This document shows, piece after piece, positions 30,147-39,741 of a stretch of 64,000 nucleotides of DNA. Under the pieces are notes generated by a model that worked only from the letters and a program-made list of their open reading frames with translations, had not been told where the DNA came from and did no database searches. The stretch covers positions 482-64,481 of the forward strand of contig JBASMO010000044.1 in NCBI GenBank assembly GCA_049656905.1, in the 5' to 3' direction. Position 1 is the first letter of the stretch. Every line of letters starts with the position of its first letter. Source of the stretch: Syntrophomonadaceae bacterium (lineage in GTDB: Bacteria; Bacillota; Syntrophomonadia; Syntrophomonadales; Syntrophomonadaceae). The position numbers and the translations under genes are program-made.

Positions 30147-30809
30147 ATGTCAGTTTATGAAATAATCTTCAAGTTAGCCTTGGCGGGCATATTGGGCGGG
30201 GTAATTGGCTTGGAGAGGGAAAGCTTAAATCGCCCGGCTGGACTGCGAACCTATACTTTGGTATGTGTAGGTTCGGCATTGGCTATGGTAGTTTCTTTGG
30301 ATATGTATTTTCAGTATTATCAGACCGTTAATGCTGATCCAGGTCGAATAGCTGCTCAGGTTATCAGTGGGATAGGTTTTTTAGGCGCCGGCACCATCAT
30401 GCGAGAGGGAGCCACAGTAAGAGGGCTGACCACCGCTGCAGGTCTTTGGGTGGTGGCTTGTATTGGACTGGCCGTTGGTGCCGGACTATACATACCAGCT
30501 ATAGCTACAACTATTCTAATACTGTTTATCCTGATTTACTTTATACGTTTTGAAGAGAGATTTACAGGCTTAAGGGAGTTTAAAAGACTGGTAATGCTGG
30601 TAGAAGACCGTCCCGGCCAGGTAGGCATTATCGGATCGATTCTGGGTGATCTGGGTGTGCTTATTAAAAACATTCAGCTAACCCGGGTAGAGGGAGAAGA
30701 TTTAGAAATTGAACTTCTGATTCAGCTGCCGTCTAACCTGACTATTAATGATGTAGTAAATGAGTTATCGGAAGTAAAAGGCTTGCGAAACATTGATCGA
30801 CTGAATTAG
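30147..30809 (+). CDS. MgtC/SapB family membrane protein with C-terminal ACT-like domain
   Basis: MgtC signature (GLERE...AGLRTY, GIGFLGAGTI) followed by a soluble C-terminal domain. Confidence 0.75.
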   Translation: MSVYEIIFKLALAGILGGVIGLERESLNRPAGLRTYTLVCVGSALAMVVSLDMYFQYYQTVNADPGRIAAQVISGIGFLGAGTIMREGATVRGLTTAAGLWVVACIGLAVGAGLYIPAIATTILILFILIYFIRFEERFTGLREFKRLVMLVEDRPGQVGIIGSILGDLGVLIKNIQLTRVEGEDLEIELLIQLPSNLTINDVVNELSEVKGLRNIDRLN

Positions 30810-30845
30810 AGATGAGAGAACACTAAGAAGCGGGAGGAATCAATA

Positions 30846-33800
30846 ATGCAAGGAAAAAGCTTGGTGCAGCTTCACTCCTGCTTTGCTGATAATTGTTGCT
30901 GGGAAAATGCTGCCATAGAGCGAGTAGAGGTTTTTTCTAAACAGAGACGATGGAAACTGGTAATTGCTGTCCAACAGCCTGTACCTATTGAGGAGATAAA
31001 TGCGGCGGAGCAAAGCCTCTTAAAAGAGTATCCTTTTTTAAGTCAAATCGAGCTGATACCCTCTTTATCCAACAGCAGTGAGCATTTAATAAAGCTTTTC
31101 GAAAAGCATCAGACCGAAATAGCGCAGCAACTGTTCGGTAGTACTACCAAACTGCCCATAGCACCTTTTACGGCTGACGAAATGCGCTTAGACTTTCATC
31201 CATCTGATGAAGCCCTATATCAAAAATACCTAGATAGCGGAATTTGCAGCCGGTTGTCTGCTTGGTATTGGCAGCAGTATCGGCTGCCGGTCTTGGTGAG
31301 GGTTATGCCCAGTCATAAACGCATGTCAATACCGCAGGTTACTTTAATCGAACCCTCTCAGGGCAATTGGTTGCCTGAATCCCAAACCAGTTCCAAGCGC
31401 TCATCCTTCATTAATCGTTCTCGCCAAGACAAAAAATTATTGGAGGCCAAGACCATATCAATAGGTGAACTACAGGAAGGGCTAAAATCAGCTATTGTGG
31501 AAGGAGAGATTTGGGATAAGGAAACCACCGTCTTGCGTGACGGTCGCCTGGTGGTTACCTACAACCTGACCGATTATAATGATTCTATTTTAGTAAAAGC
31601 TTTTTACGATCGTCCTCAGGATGACGCCTTTCAGGTGGGAGACTTTATAAGGGTAAGAGGCAGTGTTCGTTATGATAGTTTTGCCCGGGAAATTGTCCTA
31701 TTCTTGGACAGCAGCATAAAGAGGGATAAAAAGCTCAGAACTGATCAAGCTGTGGTTAAACGTGTGGAATTGCATGCTCACACTAAGATGAGTGCTATGG
31801 ACGGATTAACCGAGGTATCGGCACTGATAGAACGGGCTGCTACCTGGGGCCATCCAGCTATTGCTATAACTGATCATGGCTGCATTCAAGCATTCCCTGA
31901 TGCTTACCAACAGGCGCAAAAACATGGCATTAGGATTCTCTACGGAGTGGAAGCGTATCTAATAGAATCAGATCGCCGTCAGCGTCCCTATCACATGGTA
32001 CTAATTGCTTGTGATCGGCAAGGGTTAAAAAACCTTTACCATCTTATAAGCATATCCTATTTGGATTATTACCACCGTCACCCCAAAATACCACGGGAGG
32101 AACTTGTTAAATACCGGAAGGGCATACTGGTAGGATCAGCCTGTCAAGCTGGTGAGCTGTACAGTGGTATTTTGCAGGGCTTACCTAAGGATGAAATTGT
32201 AGCAATTGCTAAATTCTATGATTATTTGGAGATACAGCCATTGGCCAATAATGAGTTTTTAGTACGAGATGGAAGAGTTAACAGCATAGAAGACCTTCAG
32301 CAGATTAACGCTCAGATCGTAGCCTTGGGAGAAGAACTTAATAAACCAGTAGTAGCCACCTGTGATGTGCATTATCTAGATCCTGAGCACGATATTTTTC
32401 GTCGCATTATACAGGCAGGTCAGGGTTATGAAGACAGTGACGGGGGGGCGGGGCTGTACCTGCGTACTACCGACGAGATGCTGGACGAATTCGCTTACTT
32501 AGGAAAAGAAATGGCTCAAAAAGTAGTCATAGAAAATCCTCTTAGCATCGCCCAGCGGGTTGAAGATATTAAACCGGTACCGGATGGGTTTTTCCCGCCG
32601 AAAATTGACGAGGCTGAAGATGAAGTGTATCAGCTCAGCTGGAGCCGGGCCCGGGAGATATATGGTGATCCGCTACCGGAGTTGGTGGAAGCCAGAATAA
32701 AAAAAGAACTAGATTCCATTATTCGTCATGGTTTTAGCGTCTTATACTCTATTGCTCACAAATTGGTGAAAAAATCTAACGAGGATGGCTATATGGTTGG
32801 TTCTAGAGGCTCAGTGGGTTCATCACTGGTAGCTTTTTTGACCGGTATTACCGAAGTCAACCCCCTGCCACCCCATTGGAGATGTCCTGATTGCTGTCAT
32901 ACTCGTTTTATCACAGATGGCTCGATTGGCTGTGGAGCCGATTTAGAACCATCAGTGTGTGAGAAATGTGGTGCAGTGATGGAGCAAGATGGATTTGATA
33001 TTCCCTTTGAAACTTTCCTGGGATTTGAAGGAGATAAAGTACCTGATATCGATTTGAACTTTTCCGGTGAATACCAGAGTCGAGCTCATTCCTACGTTGA
33101 AGAGCTGTTTGGCAAAGAAAATGTTTTCCGCGCCGGCACCATATCTACTATTGCTGAAAAAACCGCCTATGGATTTGTGAAAAAGTATGAAGAAGAAAAC
33201 CAATTGCATCTTCGCAATGCAGAAATAAACAGGTTGGTTAAGGGCATTGCCGGGGTAAGGAGGACCACTGGTCAGCATCCTGGGGGACTGATTGTCGTAC
33301 CCCAGGATCGAGAAATACTGGAATTTACACCGCTGCAGTACCCAGCCGAAAACAAGGATTCAGGTGTGGTTACAACCCATTTTGAATATCATGCTATAGG
33401 CGATCAGCTAGTCAAGCTTGATATCCTGGGACATGATGATCCTACCGTAATAAAAGAACTGGAAGACATGACCGGCATAAAAGCCTCTTCAATTAAGCTG
33501 AATGATCGGGACACTATGCTGCTTTTTTCCAGTGTTGAGCCTTTGGGAGTGACTGAGGAAGAGATCGGTTCCACCGTTGGAACCTATGGTATACCAGAAT
33601 TCGGAACCCGTTTTGTCCGTCAGATGCTGGAAGCAACGCGCCCCACTACCTTTTCAGAATTGGTACGCATAAGCGGTTTATCTCATGGAACCGATGTCTG
33701 GCTCAACAATGCTCAGACATTAATTGAGAACAATGTGGCTAATCTAAATGAAGTTATTTGCACCCGTGACGATATAATGAGCTATCTGATTTATAAAGGA

Positions 33801-34469
33801 GTAGAAAAGAAAACCGCCTTCAAGATAATGGAAAATGTGCGCAAGGGCAGAGGATTAAAAGGGGAAGAAGAGGATATACTGAAGAAATATAATATTCCTG
33901 ATTGGTATATAGATTCCTGTCAAAAAATAAAGTATATGTTTCCAAAAGCCCACGCTGTAGCCTATGTTACTATGGCATTTCGTATTGCTTATTTTAAGAT
34001 TAATTACCCGCTGGCTTTTTACGCTAGTTTTTTCAGCGTACGCGCCGAAGATTTTGAAGCCCAAACCATACTGGCTGGTTATGAACAGGTCTATAAGCGA
34101 ATTAGAGAAATTGAACGGCAGGGAATGGGAGCCTCCCAAAAAGACAAGAAGCTTTTACCCATACTGGAAGTGGCCTTGGAAATGTTAGCCCGAGGGTTTA
34201 GATTTTATCCAGTAGATATTTACCATTCCCTAGCTCATAAATTTACCATTCTCAATGATGGGCTGCTGCTGCCATTTTCCGCTTTACCTAATGTAGGGGT
34301 GGCAGCTGCTCAAGGAATAGTGGCCGCCAGAGAAGAAGCTGAATTTATTTCTGTAGAAGACTTTCAGCATCGTACTCATACCAATAAAACAGCCATGGAT
34401 GTATTGCGCGATTATGGATGTTTTAATGACTTGCCTGAAAAAACACAAATAAGCTTGTTCGGTAGCTAG
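30846..34469 (+). CDS. polC: DNA polymerase III alpha subunit, PolC type, without the inserted 3'-5' exonuclease domain
   Basis: PolC hallmarks are present. These are the OB domain, the PHP motif VELHAHTKMSAMDG...AITDHG and the PolC zinc module HWRCPDCCH...CEKCG...DIPFETFLGF. The palm (GSRGSVGSSLVAF), fingers and a C-terminal tail are also present. The product is only 1207 aa, and the sequence runs LYGVEAYLIESDRRQRPYHMVLIA with nothing where the DEDDh exonuclease normally sits. Confidence 0.9.
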   Translation: MQGKSLVQLHSCFADNCCWENAAIERVEVFSKQRRWKLVIAVQQPVPIEEINAAEQSLLKEYPFLSQIELIPSLSNSSEHLIKLFEKHQTEIAQQLFGSTTKLPIAPFTADEMRLDFHPSDEALYQKYLDSGICSRLSAWYWQQYRLPVLVRVMPSHKRMSIPQVTLIEPSQGNWLPESQTSSKRSSFINRSRQDKKLLEAKTISIGELQEGLKSAIVEGEIWDKETTVLRDGRLVVTYNLTDYNDSILVKAFYDRPQDDAFQVGDFIRVRGSVRYDSFAREIVLFLDSSIKRDKKLRTDQAVVKRVELHAHTKMSAMDGLTEVSALIERAATWGHPAIAITDHGCIQAFPDAYQQAQKHGIRILYGVEAYLIESDRRQRPYHMVLIACDRQGLKNLYHLISISYLDYYHRHPKIPREELVKYRKGILVGSACQAGELYSGILQGLPKDEIVAIAKFYDYLEIQPLANNEFLVRDGRVNSIEDLQQINAQIVALGEELNKPVVATCDVHYLDPEHDIFRRIIQAGQGYEDSDGGAGLYLRTTDEMLDEFAYLGKEMAQKVVIENPLSIAQRVEDIKPVPDGFFPPKIDEAEDEVYQLSWSRAREIYGDPLPELVEARIKKELDSIIRHGFSVLYSIAHKLVKKSNEDGYMVGSRGSVGSSLVAFLTGITEVNPLPPHWRCPDCCHTRFITDGSIGCGADLEPSVCEKCGAVMEQDGFDIPFETFLGFEGDKVPDIDLNFSGEYQSRAHSYVEELFGKENVFRAGTISTIAEKTAYGFVKKYEEENQLHLRNAEINRLVKGIAGVRRTTGQHPGGLIVVPQDREILEFTPLQYPAENKDSGVVTTHFEYHAIGDQLVKLDILGHDDPTVIKELEDMTGIKASSIKLNDRDTMLLFSSVEPLGVTEEEIGSTVGTYGIPEFGTRFVRQMLEATRPTTFSELVRISGLSHGTDVWLNNAQTLIENNVANLNEVICTRDDIMSYLIYKGVEKKTAFKIMENVRKGRGLKGEEEDILKKYNIPDWYIDSCQKIKYMFPKAHAVAYVTMAFRIAYFKINYPLAFYASFFSVRAEDFEAQTILAGYEQVYKRIREIERQGMGASQKDKKLLPILEVALEMLARGFRFYPVDIYHSLAHKFTILNDGLLLPFSALPNVGVAAAQGIVAAREEAEFISVEDFQHRTHTNKTAMDVLRDYGCFNDLPEKTQISLFGS

Positions 34470-34486
34470 AAAAACCTGTTCATTGC

Positions 34487-34516
34487 TTGAATATTTTTAT
34501 ACTACTGTGTTATACT
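34487..34516 (+). promoter_or_regulatory. Sigma-A type promoter for the rimP-nusA-infB operon
   Basis: TTGAAT (34487-34492), an 18-nt spacer, then TGt-TATACT (34508-34516). Confidence 0.5.
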
Positions 34517-34549
34517 TCTAAATAAGCTGAACCATATTCTGTTACAATT

Positions 34550-34571
34550 AGTGGGTGTGCGCCCACTTTTT
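34550..34571 (+). terminator. Leader terminator-like hairpin upstream of rimP
   Basis: AGTGGG (34550-34555) pairs with CCCACT (34562-34567) and runs into TTTTT. It is bracketed by an 8-bp outer pairing, GTTACAAT (34541-34548) with ATTGTAAC (34574-34581). Confidence 0.5.
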
Positions 34572-34595
34572 CTATTGTAACCTCTCTAATAAGGT

Positions 34596-35069
34596 GTGGA
34601 TACTGGGGGTGGTACATTGGCGAAATCAAAAATAGATCTCATTTCCAGCATGATTGAAGAACCTATTAGGCAATTATCGGCTGAGCTGGTTGAAGTGGAG
34701 TACCGTCGTGAGGCTGGCGACCAATACTTAAGAATATTTATCGACCGGGAAGCGGGAGTAGATCTCGATTTATGCAGTCGGGTCAGTCGTGCTATTAAAG
34801 GATTAGTTGATGAACAGGGTATTGAGTACGATCACCTGGAGGTATCATCACCTGGATTGAATCGCAAACTTATTAGTAATAAGGATTTCCAACGTTTTAA
34901 TGGGCAACGGGTTAAGGTTAAACTATCTAAAAGATTTGATGGTCCCCGACAAGTGGTCGGGGTTCTTATTGGTCACAGTGAGCAAGTTCTCAAAGTGGAG
35001 AATGAACAAGGAACTGTTGAAATTCCCCGTAGTGAAATTACCGTGGTGCGGCTGCATCCCGATTTATAA
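34596..35069 (+). CDS. rimP: Ribosome maturation factor RimP
   Basis: RimP-like N-terminal domain (ELVEVEYRREAGDQYLRIFID) and a C-terminal Sm-like domain. It lies upstream of nusA. The exact start is uncertain (GTG 34596 or TTG 34617). Confidence 0.85.
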   Translation: MDTGGGTLAKSKIDLISSMIEEPIRQLSAELVEVEYRREAGDQYLRIFIDREAGVDLDLCSRVSRAIKGLVDEQGIEYDHLEVSSPGLNRKLISNKDFQRFNGQRVKVKLSKRFDGPRQVVGVLIGHSEQVLKVENEQGTVEIPRSEITVVRLHPDL

Positions 35070-35081
35070 GGAGGTTGAACA

Positions 35082-36152
35082 ATGTCGAACGAATTGATTC
35101 AGGCATTGATCGATATAGAGCAGGAGCGGGGTATACCCAAGGCTGCCCTGATAGATGCGATTAAAGTAGCTTTGAACACCGCCTACAAAAAGAATTTTGG
35201 AACAGGCCAAAATGTAAGTGTTGAATTCAATGAAATAACCGGTGAAGTTAGTGTTTACTCCCAGAAGAAGGTAGTGGACGAAGTTGAGGATCCTCGGTTG
35301 GAGATATCTATGGAGGATGCCCGTGAGTTATACCCGGATTGTAAAGAAGAAGATCTGGTGTATGTTGAGGTTACTCCCACTAACTTTGGCCGCATTGCCG
35401 CTCAAACCGCTAAGCAGGTGGTTATCCAAAAGCTGCGGGAGGCGGAAAGAAGTCTCATATATGAAGAGTATCTAGAACGAGAAGGTGAGATCCTAACCGG
35501 TACAATTCAGCGTATAGAAAACCGGACTATTTTTATAAGCTTGGGCCGTACCGAAGCCATTATGCTCCCACAGGATCAGATTAGTACAGAGAGATACACT
35601 GTAGGACAACGAATTAAGGCATATATTTTTGAAGTTAAAAACACTTCTAAGGGCCCGAATATATTTGTATCCAGGTCTCATCCCAACTTTCTTAAGCGAT
35701 TGTTTGAAATGGAAGTGCCAGAGATTTATGATGGTGTGGTAGAAATAAAATCCATAGCCCGGGAAGCTGGGACACGATCCAAAATATCCGTCTATTCACA
35801 AGATGATAAAATAGATCCAGTAGGTGCCTGCGTAGGCCCCAGGGGATTAAGGGTTCAAAATATAGTATCAGAACTGAACGGGGAAAAAATCGATATCATC
35901 AAATACGATCGAGACCCCGAGAGATTCATTGCCAATTCCCTTAGCCCCTCTAAAGTAATGTATGTAGATATTAATGAGGAGGAAAAAATTGCTCGGGTAG
36001 TTGTCCCCGATTATCAACTGTCCTTAGCTATAGGAAAAGAAGGGCAGAATGCCCGCTTGGCTGCCAAGCTAACTGGCTGGAAAGTTGATATTAAGAGTGA
36101 GAGTCAAGTGGCTGTCAACGAAGGGGCTGATTATTACGATGAAGAAACCTAG
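35082..36152 (+). CDS. nusA: Transcription termination/antitermination factor NusA
   Basis: N-terminal domain, S1 domain and two KH domains (GACVGPRGLRVQ, AIGKEGQNARLA). 356 aa, short Firmicute type. Confidence 0.95.
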   Translation: MSNELIQALIDIEQERGIPKAALIDAIKVALNTAYKKNFGTGQNVSVEFNEITGEVSVYSQKKVVDEVEDPRLEISMEDARELYPDCKEEDLVYVEVTPTNFGRIAAQTAKQVVIQKLREAERSLIYEEYLEREGEILTGTIQRIENRTIFISLGRTEAIMLPQDQISTERYTVGQRIKAYIFEVKNTSKGPNIFVSRSHPNFLKRLFEMEVPEIYDGVVEIKSIAREAGTRSKISVYSQDDKIDPVGACVGPRGLRVQNIVSELNGEKIDIIKYDRDPERFIANSLSPSKVMYVDINEEEKIARVVVPDYQLSLAIGKEGQNARLAAKLTGWKVDIKSESQVAVNEGADYYDEET

Positions 36153-36417
36153 AAAGATACCTCAGCGTATGTGCGTTGGATGTCGGGAGATGCACAATAA
36201 GAGAGAGTTGATTCGAATCGTTAGAACTCCCCAGGAGACTATTGAGGTGGATGCCTCTGGTAAGAAAGCAGGGCGAGGTGCCTACATTTGCCCTAACACT
36301 ACCTGCTTCAATGAGGCCATTAAGGGAAAAAGACTGCAAAAGGCTTTAGAACGAGATATTCCAGATGATGTTTTGGAAAAAATTAAGACACAGATTACAG
36401 ACCTGACACAGCATTGA
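36139..36417 (+). CDS. ylxR: YlxR/RnpM family RNA-binding protein (DUF448)
   Basis: RMCVGCREMHNKRELIRIV...GRGAYIC is the conserved DUF448 core. The start is taken at ATG 36139, overlapping the nusA end. Confidence 0.85.
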   Translation: MKKPRKIPQRMCVGCREMHNKRELIRIVRTPQETIEVDASGKKAGRGAYICPNTTCFNEAIKGKRLQKALERDIPDDVLEKIKTQITDLTQH

Positions 36418-36419
36418 GG

Positions 36420-36776
36420 ATGTGGTTAAACTTGAAAAAAGCATATAACATTATAGGCTTAGCTCAAAAGGCCGGAAAAGTATCAGCGGGAACGCTGGCT
36501 GCACAGACCAGTTTAATGCGCAAACGCGCTTGCCTACTGGTTTTGAGTGCAGATATTTCTAGCTCTACTCGTGATTCGCTGGTGTCTTTATGTAAGCGCC
36601 AGAAAATACCTTGGGTGGAATTTGGTAACAAGTATGATTTGGGAACTTCAGTAGGTAAAGCCTACCGGGTAGCTTTGACAATCAATGATCCAGGTATGGC
36701 TAAAGCGATGATTGATTGTCTAGATGCTGCGAGAGATGATACTACTAGCACGGGGGTGGTTCAATGGCCAAAATAA
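36420..36776 (+). CDS. ylxQ: L7Ae-family RNA-binding protein YlxQ-like
   Basis: [11 protein letters not shown]...LVLSADIS pattern typical of L7Ae/YlxQ. It lies between ylxR and infB. The start is uncertain (36414, 36420 or 36432). Confidence 0.7.
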   Translation: MWLNLKKAYNIIGLAQKAGKVSAGTLAAQTSLMRKRACLLVLSADISSSTRDSLVSLCKRQKIPWVEFGNKYDLGTSVGKAYRVALTINDPGMAKAMIDCLDAARDDTTSTGVVQWPK

Positions 36777-39349
36777 GAGTGCATGAACTAGCGAAACAAA
36801 TGGGAATACCGAGTAAACAGTTGGTAGATATTTTACAAGGGATGGGGCTTAATATTAAAAACCATATGAGTACCTTGGAAGATAACCAGGTGAATTGGGT
36901 TAAGAAAAAACTTCATGAAAGCACTTCTGCCACTGTTAAACCAGAGGAAAAAACCGAAGCAGGCCATAAGCAGGAAGTAGCTCCTGTTGACCAAACTCGT
37001 GATTCTCAGGCTAAGCAGCAACAGAAGCCAAGTACAAAGCATCAACAACAATCTACTGTCCAGAAGCCCTCTTCTGCAAGGCATGTAACCTCAACTGGCA
37101 CTTCACATCCACCAAAAGAAGCACAACACAGGGAAGAACGTCCCCGTACTGAGCAGACTCGTTCGGGACCATCTCGTGATCGCGCTCACCAGGAATTACA
37201 ACGTGGAGCTAAGCAGCAACATACTATCTCCCCGCCTGCCCGCGGAGCGCAGCAACCAAGGGGACAGGGTAGGACTGGACAACCTGCCCGTGCTCCGGAA
37301 CGGGGTGAGCCCCATCCTCGCGGTCAGCAAACGCCTGTACCAGGAAAAAGGCCTGGGCAAAGTCGTCCCAGTGGTGGCAAACCCCCTCAAACTGGTAAGC
37401 GAGTTTCTCAGGAGCAAGGTAAAGCCCGCTTATCTCCGTCAGCAGTTACCAGTGATGCCAAAAAGAAACCTGGTACTCGCAGACCTGATGAATCAGATAA
37501 CTGGGCCGCAAAAAGCAAAGGGAAACCACAACCTAGCCGGGACTTTAGCCGGCCGGTAAAGAAAAAGCATAAGCGTAGAAAAGAAGAAAGTGTTCCGGAA
37601 TTGCCCAGCTCAATTACCATACCCGACTCCATCACTGTACGGGATTTGGCTGAGAAGATGCACCGCAGCCCAGCCGAAATGCTAAAGAAACTGATGGATT
37701 TAGGTATAATGGCTACAATAAATCAGGAAATAGACTTTGAGACGGCCGAGATTTTGGCTGCATTGTACGAAGTGGCAGTGGAACATGAGGTATCAGTTGA
37801 AGAGCGTTTGCTGGAGGAAATAGTTGATGATGAAAAAAGCCTTAAGCCTCGACCTCCAGTAGTAACGGTAATGGGTCATGTTGACCATGGTAAGACTTCT
37901 CTTCTAGACCGGATACGTAAAGCTGATGTGGCTTCTGGTGAAGCAGGAGGCATCACCCAACATATAGGTGCCTATCAGGTGAAAGTTAAAGATAATCGCA
38001 TTACGTTTATAGATACGCCAGGACATGAAGCGTTTACAGCTATGCGTGCCCGGGGAGCCAATCTTACTGATATCGTAATCTTGGTGGTGGCTGCTGACGA
38101 CGGAGTAATGCCACAAACCATTGAAGCGGTTAATCACATTAAAGCTGCCCAGGTTCCATTTTTGGTGGCAGTTAATAAAATTGACAAACCCACTGCTAAT
38201 CCGGAACGGGTGATGCAGCAACTTACTGAATATAATATAGTATCGGAAGAGTGGGGCGGAGACACCATATTCGTACCGGTTTCTGCCAAAACTGGTGAAG
38301 GCATTGAACAACTTCTGGAGATGGTTTTGCTTTTAGCAGAAATGAATGATATAAAGGCTAATGCAGATCGTCCTGCGGAAGGAGTCGTTATTGAAGGGGA
38401 ACTGGACAAAGGACGTGGACCAGTGGCTACCGTGCTGGTACAAAAAGGTACTTTGCGGGTAGGAGATTATCTGATCTGTGGAGTAAATATGGCTAAAGTA
38501 CGGGCTATGACAGATTATCGAGGGAGAAAGGTTGAAGAAGCCTTGCCGTCCATGCCGGTGGAAATAATGGGTTGGTCAGACGTTCCCCAAGCAGGCGAGA
38601 AGGTGCGGGTTTGCGATGAAAAACTCGCCAAAGAGATAGCTAGCCTGCGGTTGGCTGAGCGTAAACTTCAGGAACAAAAGCAAAGCAGCCGGGTATCATT
38701 AGATGATTTATTCAAACACCTGCAGGACGCTGAGGTCAAAGAGCTCAATCTGATAGTCAAGGGAGATGTGCAGGGGTCAGTTGAAGCTCTCACCCAATCT
38801 TTAGTTCGCCTCAGTACCGAAGAGGTAAAAGTGAGTGTCATCCATGCTGGAGTTGGAGCGGTAAGCGAAACTGATGTAATGTTAGCCTCGGCATCCAACG
38901 CTATAATCATTGGATTTAATGTTCGTCCCGACAGTAAAGCTCGTAAATACGCGGAAGAAGAGAACATCGATGTTCGCTTATACCGGGTCATCTACGAAGC
39001 AATAGAAGATGTGAAAAAGGCCATGTCTGGACTGCTGGAACCAGAATATAAGGAGAAGTATTTGGGCAGAGCCGAAGTTCGGGCATTGTTTAAGGTGCCT
39101 AATGTGGGAGTTGTAGCTGGTTCGTATGTTATTGACGGTAAAATTCTGCGTAATGCGGAAGTGCGAGTGCTTAGAAATGGTGTGGTTGTATACGAAGGAC
39201 AGCTGTCTTCTTTGAAACGCTTTAAGGATGATGCCAAAGAAGTTGTTGAAAACTATGAATGTGGTATTGGCATAAAAGACTTCAATGATTTAAAAGAAGG
39301 AGATACTATAGAAGCCTATATTCTTGAGGAAGTACCCAGAGAAATTTAA
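36764..39349 (+). CDS. infB: Translation initiation factor IF-2
   Basis: [12 protein letters not shown]-terminus, a long P/Q/R/K-rich low-complexity linker, a GTPase domain ([24 protein letters not shown]) and C-terminal domains. Confidence 0.95.
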   Translation: MAKIRVHELAKQMGIPSKQLVDILQGMGLNIKNHMSTLEDNQVNWVKKKLHESTSATVKPEEKTEAGHKQEVAPVDQTRDSQAKQQQKPSTKHQQQSTVQKPSSARHVTSTGTSHPPKEAQHREERPRTEQTRSGPSRDRAHQELQRGAKQQHTISPPARGAQQPRGQGRTGQPARAPERGEPHPRGQQTPVPGKRPGQSRPSGGKPPQTGKRVSQEQGKARLSPSAVTSDAKKKPGTRRPDESDNWAAKSKGKPQPSRDFSRPVKKKHKRRKEESVPELPSSITIPDSITVRDLAEKMHRSPAEMLKKLMDLGIMATINQEIDFETAEILAALYEVAVEHEVSVEERLLEEIVDDEKSLKPRPPVVTVMGHVDHGKTSLLDRIRKADVASGEAGGITQHIGAYQVKVKDNRITFIDTPGHEAFTAMRARGANLTDIVILVVAADDGVMPQTIEAVNHIKAAQVPFLVAVNKIDKPTANPERVMQQLTEYNIVSEEWGGDTIFVPVSAKTGEGIEQLLEMVLLLAEMNDIKANADRPAEGVVIEGELDKGRGPVATVLVQKGTLRVGDYLICGVNMAKVRAMTDYRGRKVEEALPSMPVEIMGWSDVPQAGEKVRVCDEKLAKEIASLRLAERKLQEQKQSSRVSLDDLFKHLQDAEVKELNLIVKGDVQGSVEALTQSLVRLSTEEVKVSVIHAGVGAVSETDVMLASASNAIIIGFNVRPDSKARKYAEEENIDVRLYRVIYEAIEDVKKAMSGLLEPEYKEKYLGRAEVRALFKVPNVGVVAGSYVIDGKILRNAEVRVLRNGVVVYEGQLSSLKRFKDDAKEVVENYECGIGIKDFNDLKEGDTIEAYILEEVPREI

Positions 39350-39372
39350 TTTATCAATGGGGGGATATTGGC

Positions 39373-39741
39373 ATGAGTCGACGCAGACAAGAACGTATGG
39401 CCGTTGAACTTAAGAAAGTTTTATCCCGTATTTTACAGGAAGAAATCAAAGATCCTCGTTTGGATTTTTCAGCGGTTTCGGTCAGTCAAGTGGAACTAAG
39501 CAATGACTTAAGTCATGCTCGTGTTTTTATAAGTATTATGGGGGATGATGAAAAACAGCAGGAAACCATGAAAGCATTAGAAAAAGCCCGTGGTTTTATT
39601 CGCAGCAGAATTGCTGAGGAAATTCAAGTACGTCATGTACCCGAGATAGACTTTCGCCTGGACCGGTCCATAGAACATGGAATTCGTATATCTTCTCTTT
39701 TAGATAAAATAATGGAGGAAGGAACGAAGAGTGAAGAATGA
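39373..39741 (+). CDS. rbfA: Ribosome-binding factor A
   Basis: 122 aa with a KH-like RbfA core (LKDPRL, VSVSQVELSNDLSHARVF). Confidence 0.9.
   Translation: MSRRRQERMAVELKKVLSRILQEEIKDPRLDFSAVSVSQVELSNDLSHARVFISIMGDDEKQQETMKALEKARGFIRSRIAEEIQVRHVPEIDFRLDRSIEHGIRISSLLDKIMEEGTKSEE

Noticed and set aside
36833-37635. Several alternative-frame and antisense ORFs (for example 37176-37559 plus, 37196-37417 minus) and apparent repetitiveness inside the 5' third of infB
   Set aside because: They are by-products of the low-complexity P/Q/R/K-rich IF-2 linker, which keeps other frames open. I saw no SD and no family resemblance. Such a linker is usual for IF-2, so I do not count it as a repeat feature.
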